From the human T2T-CHM13v2.0 reference genome, Homo sapiens, in NCBI RefSeq assembly GCF_009914755.1, contig NC_060938.1: DNA of 64,000 nucleotides. One strand, 5' to 3'. The notes under the pieces are model-generated. The model did no database searches and was not told the DNA's origin. It was given only the letters and a program-made list of their open reading frames with translations. The position numbers were made by a program, and so were the translations under genes. Positions 31,394 through 44,877 of the stretch are shown piece by piece (position 1 is the stretch's first letter; each line of letters starts with the position of its first letter).

Positions 31394-31411
31394 TGGTGCC
31401 GTGACTCGGAT
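31394..31411 (+). other. Primer-binding site for tRNA-His
   Basis: tggtgccgtgactcggat is complementary to the 3' 18 nt of tRNA-His including CCA. Confidence 0.95.
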
Positions 31412-31534
31412 CGGGGGACCTCCCTTGGGAGATCAATCCCCTGTCCTCCTGCTCTTTGCTCCATGAGAAAGATCCACCTATGACCTCAGGTCCTCAGACC
31501 GACCAGCCCAAGAAACATCTCACCAATTTCAAAT

Positions 31535-31543
31535 CCGGTAAGT
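31535..31543 (+). promoter_or_regulatory. HERV-H major splice donor
   Basis: CCG|GTAAGT at the expected leader position. Confidence 0.8.
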
Positions 31544-32162
31544 GGCCTCTTTTTACTCTCTTCTCCAACCTCCCTCACTATCCCTCAACCTCTTTCTCCT
31601 TTCAATCTTGGCGCCACACTTCAATCTCTCCCTTCTCTTAATTTCAATTCCTTTCATTTTCTGGTAGAGACAAAAGAGACATATTTTATCCATGAACCCA
31701 AAACTCCGGCGCCGGTCACGGACTGGGAAGGCAGCCTTCCCTTGGTGTTTAATCATTGCAGGGATGCCTCTCTGATTATACACTCACGTTTCAAGGGTGT
31801 CAGACCACGCAGGGACGCCTGCCTTGGTCCTTCACCCTTAGCGGCAAGTCCCGCTTTCCTGGGGCAGGGGCAAGTACCCCTCAACCCCTTCTCCTTCACC
31901 CTTAGCGGCAAGTCCCGCTTTCCTAGGGGGCAAGAACCACCCAATCGCTTATTTCCACGCCCCAACCTCTTATCTCTGTGCCCCAATCCCTTATTTCCGT
32001 GCCCTGACCTCTTATTTCTGTGCCCCATCCCTTATTTCCACGCCCCAACCTCTTATCTCTGTGCCCCAACCCCTTTTCCCACTTTTCTGGAAGGTAAGAA
32101 CCCCCGAACCCCTTCCCTCCATTTCTCTACTCTCTCTTTTCTCTAGGCTTGCTTCCTTCACT

Positions 32163-33377
32163 ATGGGAACCTTCCACCCTCCATTCCTCCTTCTACTCCC
32201 TTGGCCTGTGTTCTCAAAAACTTAAAACCTCTTCAACTCACACCTTACCTAAAACCTAAATGCCTTATTTTCTTCTGCAATGCCGCTTGACCCCAATACA
32301 ACTCGACAGTAGTTCCAAATAGCCAAAAAATGGCACTTTGAATTTTTCCATACTGCAAGATCTAAATAATTCTTCTAAAATAGGCAAACGGTCTGAGGTG
32401 CCTGATGTCCAGGCATTCTTTTACACATCAGTCCCTTCCTAGTCTCTGTGCCCAGTGCAATTCATCCCAAATCTTCCTTCTTTCCCTCCCGCCTGTCCCC
32501 TCAGTACCAACCCCAAGTGTCGCTGAGTCTTTCTAACCTTCCTTTTCTACAGACCCATCTGACCTCTCCCTTCCTCCCCAGGCTGCTCCTCGCCAGGCCG
32601 AGCTAGGTCCCAATTCTTCCTCAGCCTCTGCTCCTCCACCCTATAATCTTTTTATCACCTCCCCTCCTCACACCTGGTCCGGCTTACAGTTTCGTTCCAT
32701 GACTAGCCCTCCCCCTCCTGCCCAGCAATTTACTCTTAAAAAGGTGGCTGGAGCCAAAGGCATAGTCAAGGTTAATGCTCCTTTTTCTTTACCCCAAATC
32801 AGAAGCGTTTAGGCTCTTTTTCATCAAATATAAAAATCCAGCCCAGCTCATGGCTCGTTTGGCAGCAACCCTGAGACGCTTTACAGCCCTAGACCCTAAA
32901 AGGTCAAAAGGCCATCTTATTCTCAAAATACATTTTATTACCCAATCTGCTCTCAACATTAACTAAAACTCCAAAAATTAAATTCCAGCCCTCAAACCCC
33001 ACAACAGGATTTAATTAACCTCGCCTTCAAGGTGTACAATAATAGAAAAAAGTTGCAATTCCTTGCCTCCACTATGAGACAAACCCCAGCCACATCTCCA
33101 GCACACAAGAACTTCCAAACACCTGAACCGCAGCGGCCAGGCGTTCCTCCAGAACCTCCTCCCACAGGAGCTTGCTACACGTGCCGGAAATCTGGCCACT
33201 GGGCCAAGGAATGCCCGCAGCCCAGGATTCCTCCTAAGCCGCGTCCCATCTGTGTGGGACCCCACTGAAAATCGGACTGTTCAACTCACCTGGCAGCCAC
33301 TCCCAGAGCCCCTGGGACTCTGGCCCAAGGCTCTCTGACTCCTTCCCAGATCTTCTCGGCTTAGCGGCTGAAGACTG
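32163..33377 (+). pseudogene. HERV-H gag remnant
   Basis: Many stops and frameshifts; nucleocapsid zinc knuckle CYTCRKSGHWAKEC in ORF 33032-33268; second knuckle degenerate. Confidence 0.85.
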
Positions 33378-35959
33378 ACGCTGCCCGATCGCCTCGGAAG
33401 CCCCCTAGACCATCACGGATGCCGAGCTTTGGGTAACTCTCACAGTGGAAGGTAAGCCCGTCCCCTTCTTAATCAATACGGAGGCTTCTCACTCCACATT
33501 ACCTTCTTTTCAAGGGCCTGTTTCCCTTGCCTCCATAACTGTTGTGGGTATTGACGGCCAGGCTTCTAAACCTCTTAAAACTCCCCAACTCTGGTGCCAA
33601 CTTAGACATTACTCTTTTAAGCACTCCTTTTTAGTTATCCCCACCTGCCCAGTTCCCTTATTAGGCTGAGACACTTTAACTAAATTATCTGCTTCCCTGA
33701 CTATTCCCAGACTACAGCTATATCTCATTGCCACCCTTCTTCCTAATCCAAAGCCTCATTTGCTTCCTCCTCTTGTATCCCCCCACCTTAACCCACAAGT
33801 ATAAGATACCTCTACTCCCTCCTTGGCGACCGATCATGCACCCCTTACCATCTCATTAAAACCTAATCACTCTTACCCCACTCAATGCCAATATCCCATC
33901 CCGCAGCATGCTTTAAAAAGATTAAAGCCTGTTATCACTTGCCTGCTACAGCATGGCCTTTTAAAGCCTATAAACTCTCCTTACAATTCCCCCATTTTAC
34001 CTGTCCTAAAACCAGACAAGCCTTACAATTTAGTTCAGGATCTGCGGCTTATCAACCAAATTGTTTTGCCTATCCACCCCGTGGTGCCAAACCCATATAC
34101 TCTCGTATCCTCAATACCTGCCTCTACAACCCATTATTCTGTTCTGGATCTGAAACATGCTTTCTTTACTATTCCTTTGCACCCTTAATCCCAGCCTCTC
34201 TTCACTTTCACTTGGACTGACCCTGACACCCATCAAGCTCAGCAAATTACCTGGGCTGTACTGCCACAAAGCTTCACAGACAGCCCCCATTACTTCAATC
34301 AAGCCCAAATTTCTTCCTCATCTGTTACCTATCTCGGCATAATTCTCATAAAAACACACGTGCTCTCCCTGCCAATTGTGTCCAACTGATCTCTCAAACC
34401 CAAGCACCTTCTACAAAACAACTCCTTTCCTTCCTAGGCATGGTTAGCGCGGTCAGAATTCTTACACAAAAGCCAGGACCACACCCTGTAGCCTTTCTGT
34501 CCAAACAACTTGACCTTACTGTTTTAGCCTAGCCCTCATGTCTGCGTGCAGCAGCTGCCGCTGCTTTAATACTTTTAGAGGCCCTCAAAAATCACAAACT
34601 GTGCTCAACTCACTCTCTACAGTTCTCATAACTTCCAAAATCTATTTTCTTCCTCATACCTGAAGCATATACTTTCTGCTTCCCGGCTCCTTCAGCTGTA
34701 CTCACTCCTTGTTGAGTCTCCCACAACTACCATTGTTCCTGGCCCAGACTTCAATCTGGCCTCCCACATTATTCCTGATACCACACCTGACCCCCATGAC
34801 TGTATCTCTCTGATCCACCTAACATTCACATTTCCCCAAATTTCCTTCTTTCCTGTTCCTCACCCTGATCACACTTGATTTATTGATGGCGGTTCCACCA
34901 GGCCTAATCGCCACACACCAGCAAAGGCAGGTTATGCTATAGTACAAGCCACTAGCCCTCCTCTTAGAACCTCTCATTTCCTTTCCATCGTGGAAATCTA
35001 TCCTCAAGGAAATAACTTCTCAGTGTTCCATCTGCTATTCTACTACTCCTCAGGGATTATTCAGGCCCCCTCCCTTCCCTACACATCAAGCTCGAGGATT
35101 TGCCCCACCCAGGACTGGCAAATTAGCTTTACTCAACATGCCCTGAGTCAGATAACTAAAATACCTCTTAGTCTAGGTAGATACTTTCACTGGATAGGTA
35201 GAGGCCTTTCCTACAGGGTCTGAGAAGGCCACCGCAGTCATTTCTTCCGTTCTGTTAGACATAATTCCTCAGTTTAGCCTTCCCACCTCAATACAGTCTG
35301 ATAACAGATGAGCCTTTACTAGCCAAATCACCCAAGCAGTTCCTCAGGCTCTTGGTATTCAGTGGAACCTTCATACCCCTTACCGTCCTCAATCTTCAGG
35401 AAAGGTAGAACGGACTAATGGTCTTTTAAAGGTACACCTCACCAAGATCAGCCTCCAACTTAAAAAGGATTGGACAGTACTTTTACCTCTTGCTCTTCTC
35501 AGAATCAGAGCCTGTCCTCGAGATGCTACAGGGTACAGTCCATTTGAACTTTTATATGGATGCACTTTCTTGCTTGGCCCCAACCTCATCCCAGACACCA
35601 GCCCTCTAGGCGACTATCTTCCAGTACTCCAGCAGGCTAGACAGGAAATTCGCCAGGCTGCTAATCTTCTCTTGCCTACTCCAGATCCCCAGCCATATGA
35701 AGACAACCTAGCTGGACGATCAGTTCTTGTTAAGAATCTGACCCCTCAAACTCTACAACCTCGATGGACCGGACCCTACTTAGTCATCTATAGTACCCTG
35801 ACTGCCGTCCGCCTGCAGGATCCTCCCCACTGGGTTCACCGTTCCAGAATAAAGCTGTGTCCATCGGACAGCCAGCCTAATCCCTCCTCTTCCTCCTGGA
35901 AGTCGCAAGTACTCTCCCCAACTTCCCTTAAACACACTCGTATTTCTGAAGAACAGTAA
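33378..35959 (+). pseudogene. HERV-H pro-pol remnant
   Basis: Protease-like FLINTEASHS; RT motifs SPYNSPILPV, LVQDLR, VLDLKHAFF; YxDD segment missing; integrase C-terminus LQPRWTGPY...WVHRSRIK*. Confidence 0.9.
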
Positions 35960-36253
35960 TAACCCTTATGAGCCTAATACATCCCTTCATTCTATTAGGT
36001 CTGTTCATCCTTACCCTACTTTTTGCAACAGGGCTTTACGAAGTCACCCCACCACTTAGGCCGAGCCCCAAAAAACTAGTCATCCCTACTATCTTCTGTC
36101 CGGTCATACTCCTATTCTCCATTCTCAACTACTTATAAATGCCCTACTCTTGTTTACACCGCCGGTTTACACTGTTTCTCCAAGCCATCACAGCTGATAT
36201 CTCTTGGTGCTATCCCCAAACTGCCACTCTTAACTCCCTCTTAGAGTGGATAG

Positions 36254-38007
36254 ATGATCTTTGCTGGCAAGGCACCCTCCAATACTTCCACCCTGATGAA
36301 GTTCTATTCTTTACTTTTATACTCACTCTTATTCTCATTCCCATTCTTATGTCACCCTCTACCTCTCCCCAGCTATCTCCACCACACTATCAACCTTACC
36401 CATTCTCTCCTAGCTGCTTCTAATCCCTCCTTAGCGAACAACTGCTGGCTTTGCATTTCCCTTTCTTCCAGTGCCTACACAGCTGTCCCCGCCTTACAGA
36501 CAGACTGGGCAACATCTCCCATCTCCCTACACCTCCGAACTTCCTTTAACAGCCCTCACCTTTACCCTCCTGAAGAACTCATTTACTTTCTAGACAGGTC
36601 CAGCAAGACTTCCCCAGACATTTCACATCAGCAAGCTGCCGCCCTCCTTCGCACTTATTTAAAAAACCTTTCTCCTTATATTAACTCTACTCCCCCCATA
36701 TTTGGACCTCTCACACACAAACTACTATTCCTGTGGCCACTCCTTTATGTATCTCTTGGCAAAGACCCACTGGAATTCCCCTAGGTAATCTTTCACCTTC
36801 TCGACGTTCCTTTACTCTTCATCTCTGAAGTCCAACTACACACATCACTGAAACAATTGGAGCCTTCCAGCTCCATATTACAGACAAGCCCTCTATCAAT
36901 ACTGACAAACTTAAAAACATTAGCAGTAATTATTGCTTAGGAAGACACTTGCCTCGTATTTCCCTCCATCCTTGGCTACCTTCCCCTTGCTCATCAGATT
37001 CTCCTCCCAGGCCCTCTTCTTGTTTACTTATACCCAGCCCTGAAAATAACAGTGAAAGGTTGCTCGTAGATAGTCGACATTTTCTCATACACCATGAAAA
37101 TCAAACCTCCCCCTCTACACAATTACCCCATCAGTCCCCATTACAACCTCTGACAGCTGCCGCCCTAGCTGGATCCCTAGGAGTCTGGGTACAAGACACC
37201 CCTTTCAGCACTCCTTCTCACCTTTTTACTTTACATCTCCAGTTTTGCCTCGCACAAGGTCTCTTCTTCCTCTGTGGATCCTCTACCTACATGTGTCTAC
37301 CTGCCAATTGGACAGGCACATGTACACTAGTCTTCCTTACCCCCAAAATTCAATTTGCAAATGGGACCGAAGAGCTCCCTGTTCCCCTCATGACACCGAC
37401 ATGACAAAAAAGAGTTATTCCACTAATTCCCTTGATGGTCGGTTTAGGACTTTCTGCCTCCACTATTGCTCTCAGTACTGGAATAGCAGGCATTTCAACG
37501 TCTGTCATGACCTTCCATAGCCTGTCTAATGACTTCTCTGCTAGCATCACAGACATATCACAAACTTTATCAGTCCTCCAGGCCCAAGTTGACTCTTTAG
37601 CTGCAGTTGTCCTCCAAAACCGCCGAGGCCTTGACTTACTCACTGCTGAAAAAGGAGGACTCTGCATATTCTTAAATGAGGAGTGTTGTTCTTACCTAAA
37701 TCAATCTGGCCTGGTGTATGACAACATAAAAAAACTCAAGGATAGAGCCCAAAAACTTACCAACCAAGCAAGTAATTATGCTGAACCCCCTTGGGCACTC
37801 TCTAATTGGATGTCCTGGGTCCTCCCAATTCTTAGTCCTTTAATACCCACTTTTCTCCTTCTTTTATTCGGACCTTGTATCTTCCGTTTAGTTTCTCAAT
37901 TCTTCCAAAACCGTATCCAGGCCATCACCAATCATTCTATACGACAAATGTTTCTTCTAATATCCCCACAATATCACCCCTTACCACAAGACCTCCCTTC
38001 AGCTTAA
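36254..38007 (+). pseudogene. HERV-H env, full length but disrupted by one frameshift and two stops
   Basis: MIFAGKAPSN start, signal peptide, CWLC; 1-nt deletion near 36716; TGA at 36826 and 37402; fusion peptide, LQNRRGLDLLTAEKGGL immunosuppressive domain, CX6CC, transmembrane helix; ends QDLPSA*. Confidence 0.95.
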
Positions 38008-38164
38008 TCTCTCCCACTCTAGGTTCCCACGCCGCCCCTAATTCCACTTGAAGCAGCCCTGAGAAACATCATCCATTCTCTCTCCATACCACCCCCCAAA
38101 AATTTTCACCACCGCAACACTTCAACACTATTTTGTTTTATTTTTCTTATTAAGAAGGCAGGAA

Positions 38165-38646
38165 TGTCAGGCCTCTGAGCCCAAGCCAAGCCATGGCATC
38201 CCCTATGACCTGCACATATACGCCCAGATGGCCTGAAGTAACTAAAGAATCAGAAAACAAGTGAATATGCCCTGCCCCACCTTAACTGATGACATTCCAC
38301 CACAAAAGAAGTGTAAATGGCCAGTCCTTGCCTTAACTGATGACATTACCTTGTGAAAGTCCTTTTCCTGGCTCATCCTGGCTCAAAAAGCACCCCCACT
38401 GAGCATCTTGCGACCCCCACTCCTGCCCACTGAGCACCTTGCGACCCCCACTCCCACCCGCCAGAGAACAAACCCCCTTTGACTGTAATTTTCCTTTACC
38501 TACCCAAATCCTATAAAACAGCCCCACCCTTATCTCCCTTCGCTGACTCTCTTTTCGGACTCAGCCCGCCTGCACCCAGGTGATTAAAAGCTTTATTGCT
38601 CACACAAAGCCTGTTTGGTGGTCTCTTCACAGGGACGCGCATGAAA
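38165..38646 (+). promoter_or_regulatory. HERV-H 3' LTR (LTR7Y-like)
   Basis: 482 bp; about 12 substitutions versus the 5' LTR by manual count; preceded by polypurine tract aagaaggcaggaa. Confidence 0.95.
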
Positions 38647-38935
38647 TCCTCCACCCCCAGTTACAGTGGCCAGTACTCTGACAATACCATGTCCACTTGT
38701 CTCACTGGATTTTGATGTCTGTGTCCCGCACCAGACTATAATTAGAGGATATAAACCTCCTCGTGGTACAAACATAGGTTAGTCATGTAGAATGAATGTA
38801 AGATGTAATTGTGGTTCATCAGGTTATTAGCTCTGTGACCTTGGGCACAATCACCTTTCAGAACCAGTTCACTCATCTGTCCAAGGGGGATAAAACAGGT
38901 ATCTCTATCACTGTGGGGATTAAATAATCACTTCA

Positions 38936-39236
<301 letters not shown>

Positions 39237-40631
39237 TCATTTCAAGTGCTAGAAACATAGAAGCTACTTACTACATGTTAGGACCACCCCCTTCCCCTCC
39301 CACCTCTCCCTTCCAAACACTATGCCTGGCAGGTTAAAATGCTCACCAATAAATCACTGAATGGATGGATTTTAAGAAGGTGCTGAGGTTTTACTCAATA
39401 CAGAATCCTTAAAAGAGCCAGGAGAGATCTAACTCAGGGGAGAACCCCCATGTCTTTGCCACAGAAAAAGTTCTAGGATGGATCCAGCGAGATTCTCACC
39501 ACTCCTGTCTTCTTGGACACACAGGAAGACTACACTTTCCAATGTTGCTCACAGTGATGTTAGGGCCATGTGCCTCGGTTCTGACCAATGGAATGGGAGT
39601 GGACACACAGGCACCTGTCAAGTCCAGCTCCAATTCACTCTATAGGCTACTTCATGCTCCCTCTGCTTCCTCTGTCCTTGTGGCTGAAGGTAAAAGGCTG
39701 TGGACATAGGGGAGCTGCACTGTGGAAGAAGCCCAGTCAGTACTCAGAGGAAACTCAATGGACTCTAACACAAGTCAAAAGTAAGCTTTTGTTATGTTAA
39801 GGCACTGAAATGCTGGATTGTTTGTTATAGCAACTACTGTTTCTTATCCTGATTAACAAAACAAGGAGACAAAAGAGGGGTGCAGATTTCTTTATATTCT
39901 AAAATAGATGTCATCAGATTATCAGTCAAGTATCAGGAGGTGAGGAAACAGATTTTGCAGGATAGATGGCTAGACATTTAAGTTATCCAGGGAAAGGCAC
40001 TTTCTAAGACTGTTTCCTGTGATTATGTGGCAGGCAGAACTTGTGGCCACTGAACTTACAGCTCTAGAGAAGCGGTTGGAAAACACAGCATTCATAATCT
40101 GCATGTTTCAGCTACATTTGAGTGCATCTGGAAAACTATTAAAGAAAGATAAGCTGAGGAAAGATTTGACCAGTTTGCAAGCAGAATGGAAGGAGAATTA
40201 GAGCATCCAGAAATCTGGGATTTTGCCAGGTTAGAAAAGCCAAATGCTTCAAGTCCCCAGGAGTCAGAAATGGGATTTTAAAAGGTTTGAAGGGCAAAGG
40301 CCTAGGAAATCTTCTGAGTTGGGTAAAGGAACTTGAAGCAAAGATTCAGATTAAGGGTGTGGCATTTCTATTCAAGCCTTTTAACTCCAAAGAAACACCA
40401 GTAAATCGAAAGAGAGTGAGAGAGAGAAAGGCAGGGGAGAGAAAGCAAAGAAATGAAACCCATCTGAGAACCACACCTCAAAAGGGACTTTGGGTGTGGC
40501 TACCAGTACACAGAATGGAGCCAGGCAAATGGATCAGAAGCTTACTAAATTCTTAAGGGTTATGCGTCTAAGGAAAGCAAAAGTCTGAGTTCTAAAGGCC
40601 TTTCACTATTCAAGACTTAAAACACATTTCG

Positions 40632-41965
40632 TTCTAGAAGAAAACAGGAGAAACACTTTGTGACCTTGGCTTAGGTAAAGATTTCTTAGATACAGCATCA
40701 CAAATCACAACCTTTAAGAAAGAAATTGATAAATTAGACTTCATCAAAATGAAAGCTCTGCTCTTAAAAGTCACTGTTAAGAAACAGTAAAAGACAGACC
40801 AGGTGCAGAGGCTCACGCATGTAATCACACTTTGGGAGGCCAAGGCAGGCAGATCACCTGAGGTTAGGAGCTCGAGATGAGCCTGGCCAGCATGATGAAA
40901 CCCCATCTCTACTAAAAATACAAAGATTAGTCAGGAGTAATGGCGGACGCCTGTAATCCCAGCTACTTGGGAGGCTGAGGCAGGAGAGTGGCTTGCCACT
41001 GCACTCCAGCTTGGGTGACAAAGCAAGGTTCTGTCTCAAAAAAAAAAAAAGAAAGAAAGAAAGAAAGAAAAACAGTAAAACACAAGCCAAAAGACTAGGA
41101 AGAAGTATTTGCAAATCACATAACAGAGAAAGGACTTGTGTTCAAAGTAGACAAAGAACTCTCACAACTCAAAATAAGAAAATAATTCAATAACAAAATG
41201 GGCAAAAGATTTGAAGAGATCGATCCTGGAATAAGATTGATAAAGGTCAAATAAACACATGCTCAGTTATTAGGGAAATGCAAATTAAAGCTACAATGAG
41301 ATACAACGACACACTTATTAGAATGGCTAAAATGAAAAAGACATACACCAGGTGCTGACAGGACAGAAAGCAACTGGTACTCCCGTGTACTGATGGTGGG
41401 CGTGCAAAATGGTACTGCTGCTTTGGAAAACACTGGCAGTTTCTCATAAAATTAAACATACACTTACAATATGACCCAGTAATTCCATTCTCCATGTACC
41501 CAAAAGAAAAGAAAACTTAAAACCTATATGTGAAAGTTCTATTTATTCACAGCAGCTTTATTCTATTTCCAGACAAAAAAAAAAAAAACAGAAACAACAA
41601 AAATGTCCTTCAAGAGGTGACATCTATATACTTAGAATATTACTTGGCAATAAAAATAAACTGTTTCATTGATATGGGAAACAACTTGGATGAATTCCAA
41701 ATGCATTATGCATGGTGCAAGAAGTTAGACCCAAAGGCTACATACTATATGATTCCAAAACAGATCAGAGGTTGCCAGGGCCTAGAGTTGGGGGAGGGGT
41801 TGATGACAGACAAGATGTGGAAATTTGGGGAGGTGATGGAACTATCCTAATTCTCAATTGTGGCAATGGTTACATGATTATGAGTCTTTGTCAAAAGTCA
41901 GAAGTATGCACAAAAGGTGAATTTTACCATACTTAAATTATACCTCAATTTTTAAAAATATGAAT
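40632..41965 (+). mobile_element. L1MB/MC 3' fragment
   Basis: ctagaagaaaacaggagaa...aaatgggcaaaagatttga...aaatgcaaattaaa...aaattatacctcaat. Confidence 0.88.
40797..41066 (+). mobile_element. AluSx-like with a right-arm internal deletion
   Basis: gagagtggcttg joins directly to ccactgcactcc; TSD aaacagtaaaa(g/c)aca. Confidence 0.9.
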
Positions 41966-43993
41966 AAAAGCTTATCATAGGCAATCAATAATTGATTTGG
42001 ATTAAAAACATTTAAGCCCCCAACCTCCCCTCAAGGAGAATGCAGCCTTCAAAGGCTGCTCAGCCCCCAAGAAGAGTATGCCCCCAACAACAACTTTAGA
42101 GGTGGCTAAGGAGAGAGATGAACAAGGGGACTCCCCTAAAGGATGGAGGCAGGAGCGGCAGAGAAACATGTACCCAGGGGTTTCTCTCAGAGACCAAGAC
42201 CAGAACTTCATCAGTGACAGTCCCCAGAACTCAGGTGCAGAGAGCCTTCATAATGCACACCCAGGCTGAGGATCTCAGACCTGCTATGAATCAGGGGCTG
42301 CTAATGTCTTCCACTCATCTGTTTTCCTAAAGGAAGTATTTATTGCAATGACCTAGCCTTTGTTCTACCACCTCATGTTGGGTGTATGGGGACAAGTAGC
42401 TTGTCATTGTGGTGCATAAGTCACTGGCTCATGAGAAGCCACATTTAGACCAGATGTAGAGAATAACGTAGCACTCAGAAATCCTGGACTTTCAGCTGGA
42501 TGTAGAGACTGAATGGAAACTGGATGGCTTTTGAGGTTTTTCCCCGTGGGAAGGGGGTGAGTGTCTTCTATGTGTAGGAGGAAAAGTCAAACAGTGATTT
42601 GACAACCAGAAAGATGGACTGTGGCCATCATTATCTTGAGGCTCCTCAATCCCATTCCCTCTTCCAGGATGCATGGGGAGATTATAATTCCCAGCCCAAC
42701 TGTAGTCAGGTTGGGTCATGTGACTAAATTCTGGCCAACTGAATGTGGGTGTAAGAGTCATATACATCAGTTCTCTGCCTGGTCCCCAAAAAGTCCCATA
42801 TTACCTTCATTGTCTCTTTCCCTCCAATCCACATGGCTGGAAGCAAAGGAATCCAAGGCAGTGTAGCCACACAGTAGAAAACACCAGGATCCCCGAGTCC
42901 CCACTTGAAGATAATCTGCCCAGGAGAGGCTTGTGAAGGTCATCAGATGATGATATGAGCAATAAGTCAACTTTTATTTTGTAGCTCCTGAGAGCTGGTT
43001 TAAGGATTGGTTATTTCAGCAACCAGTATTACTTATAATAACCGATACACCTGGTCATATTTAAGGAAGTATATGTGAGCTTGGCATGCGTGTATCTAAC
43101 ATCTGAGCCAAGGCAAAAGGCTGGTTGACATCCAAGGAGCTTGTGTAACTTCTGCAGGGCACAGGTGGCATGGAAATGGCCAGACACCAGAGTGAATGCA
43201 GGACACTATAGCAAGGACTGTGGCCAATCAAAGGTCCTTCAAGCAGAAGTCACTGTGTTCCAGCAATAACAGTTTGAATTGACCTCTACATCCCAGAATG
43301 GCCTATTCCATAAAATGCCCTGCCTCACAGAGGATCAGGGTCACAGGTACCCAAGGACAGGGTCGGGGAACAGGCAGGCAACATCTAAATGGTCTGCCAT
43401 TCACTGGTTGCTAAGAGCCAGGATCCAATATCTGCAGGGAGAGCCTATACCAGCACAAGGAAGGGCAAAGTGTAAAGGGATTGGAACAACCTGAGTCACC
43501 AGGAAGTACCACAGCAAAGAAGCCCAGTTTCCAAACCTGGGACTCAGGAGACCAGGACCTGGGACAAGACCAAAGCCCACAGGCCACAAACAGTCCACAA
43601 GTGTGGAGGTGGATTAAATCCATGAAGACGCGAAGCTGAGCTAACAGAGTAGAGAGCTCCTTGCTCCAGGGCCCCCACTACATAGGCAATGCTGTTCCTG
43701 AAATCTAGCTTTGGGGTTAAGCCTGCAAGTAGGGGTGAAGTGGTTCCAGCTGGAATGAGAGGAGCTCAGAGGAGGCAGGAGCCAGGCAGGACCTGCTATT
43801 TACGGTTCTTTATTAGTGCTTTCTCCTGCATATCAAAGTTCTCTAATTAGCAACAAGGGGTGTGTGTGCGTGGGCTGGGGTTCTTCGGAAAGTGGGAAGT
43901 CTAAAGGTTAAAACAAGTCAAAGGAAATATTGCTTTCAAGAACATCTAAATTATAGATCAAGTTATAAATGGTTACCTCTAGCAGGAGAGTAA

Positions 43994-44424
<431 letters not shown>

Positions 44425-44629
44425 GACACTTTATTTTTTGAATGAGTAAACTGTCTTTCATTTTTCTATTGAGCGGTAAAGTTCAGAAGGCACAGTCACG
44501 TCTACTGTCTCATACGGTTTCCCCAGAACTCTTGGAGGCAGTTGTTCATGCCCTCCAATTGGCAGATGAAGGAAGAGGAGCTCAGAGTGGTGAAATAAGA
44601 ATAAAGCTAGAATGTGTACTATTCTATGG

Positions 44630-44840
44630 ATTAGGGTTTCCCACCCTCAGCATGATGGGCATTTGGGACTGGAGTATTCTTTGTCTGTCCTATGGTATTG
44701 TAGGATGTTTGGCAGCATCCCTGGACTCTGCCTAGTAGACGCCAGTGGGAACCCTACACACACATTACAATCATAAAAAATGTCTCCAGGTATTGGTACA
44801 TGTTCCCTGGGGAATAAAATCACCCTGGAGAGAATCACTG
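44630..44840 (-). mobile_element. MER20
   Basis: gtaggatgtttggcagcatccctgg...aaaaatgtctccag...gagaatcactg. Confidence 0.75.
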
Positions 44841-44877
44841 CTCTAGGTTGATTAACTGACATCCCAGAGGAAGGCTC

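Larger units (their letters stand above)
30910..38646 (+). mobile_element. HERV-H provirus (LTR7Y-like), pol-deleted, env-retaining
   Basis: Two 482-bp LTRs; TSD TCCTC (30905-30909 and 38647-38651); His primer-binding site; gag/pro/pol/env remnants; polypurine tract. Confidence 0.98.
39470..43040 (+). mobile_element. Ancient MLT1 (J/I-like) MaLR element, LTR-internal-LTR, interrupted by L1 and Alu
   Basis: MLT1-like LTR segments at about 39470-39860 and 42620-43040; MLT-internal-like sequence between them. Confidence 0.5.

Noticed and set aside
31394-31411. tRNA-His gene
   Set aside because: Only the 18-nt complementary primer-binding site; no cloverleaf
31825-32070. Spaced direct repeats (ccttcacccttagcggcaagtcccgct; ccttatttcc units) resembling a CRISPR array
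   Set aside because: Normal HERV-H leader repeats; eukaryotic context, no unique spacers, no cas genes
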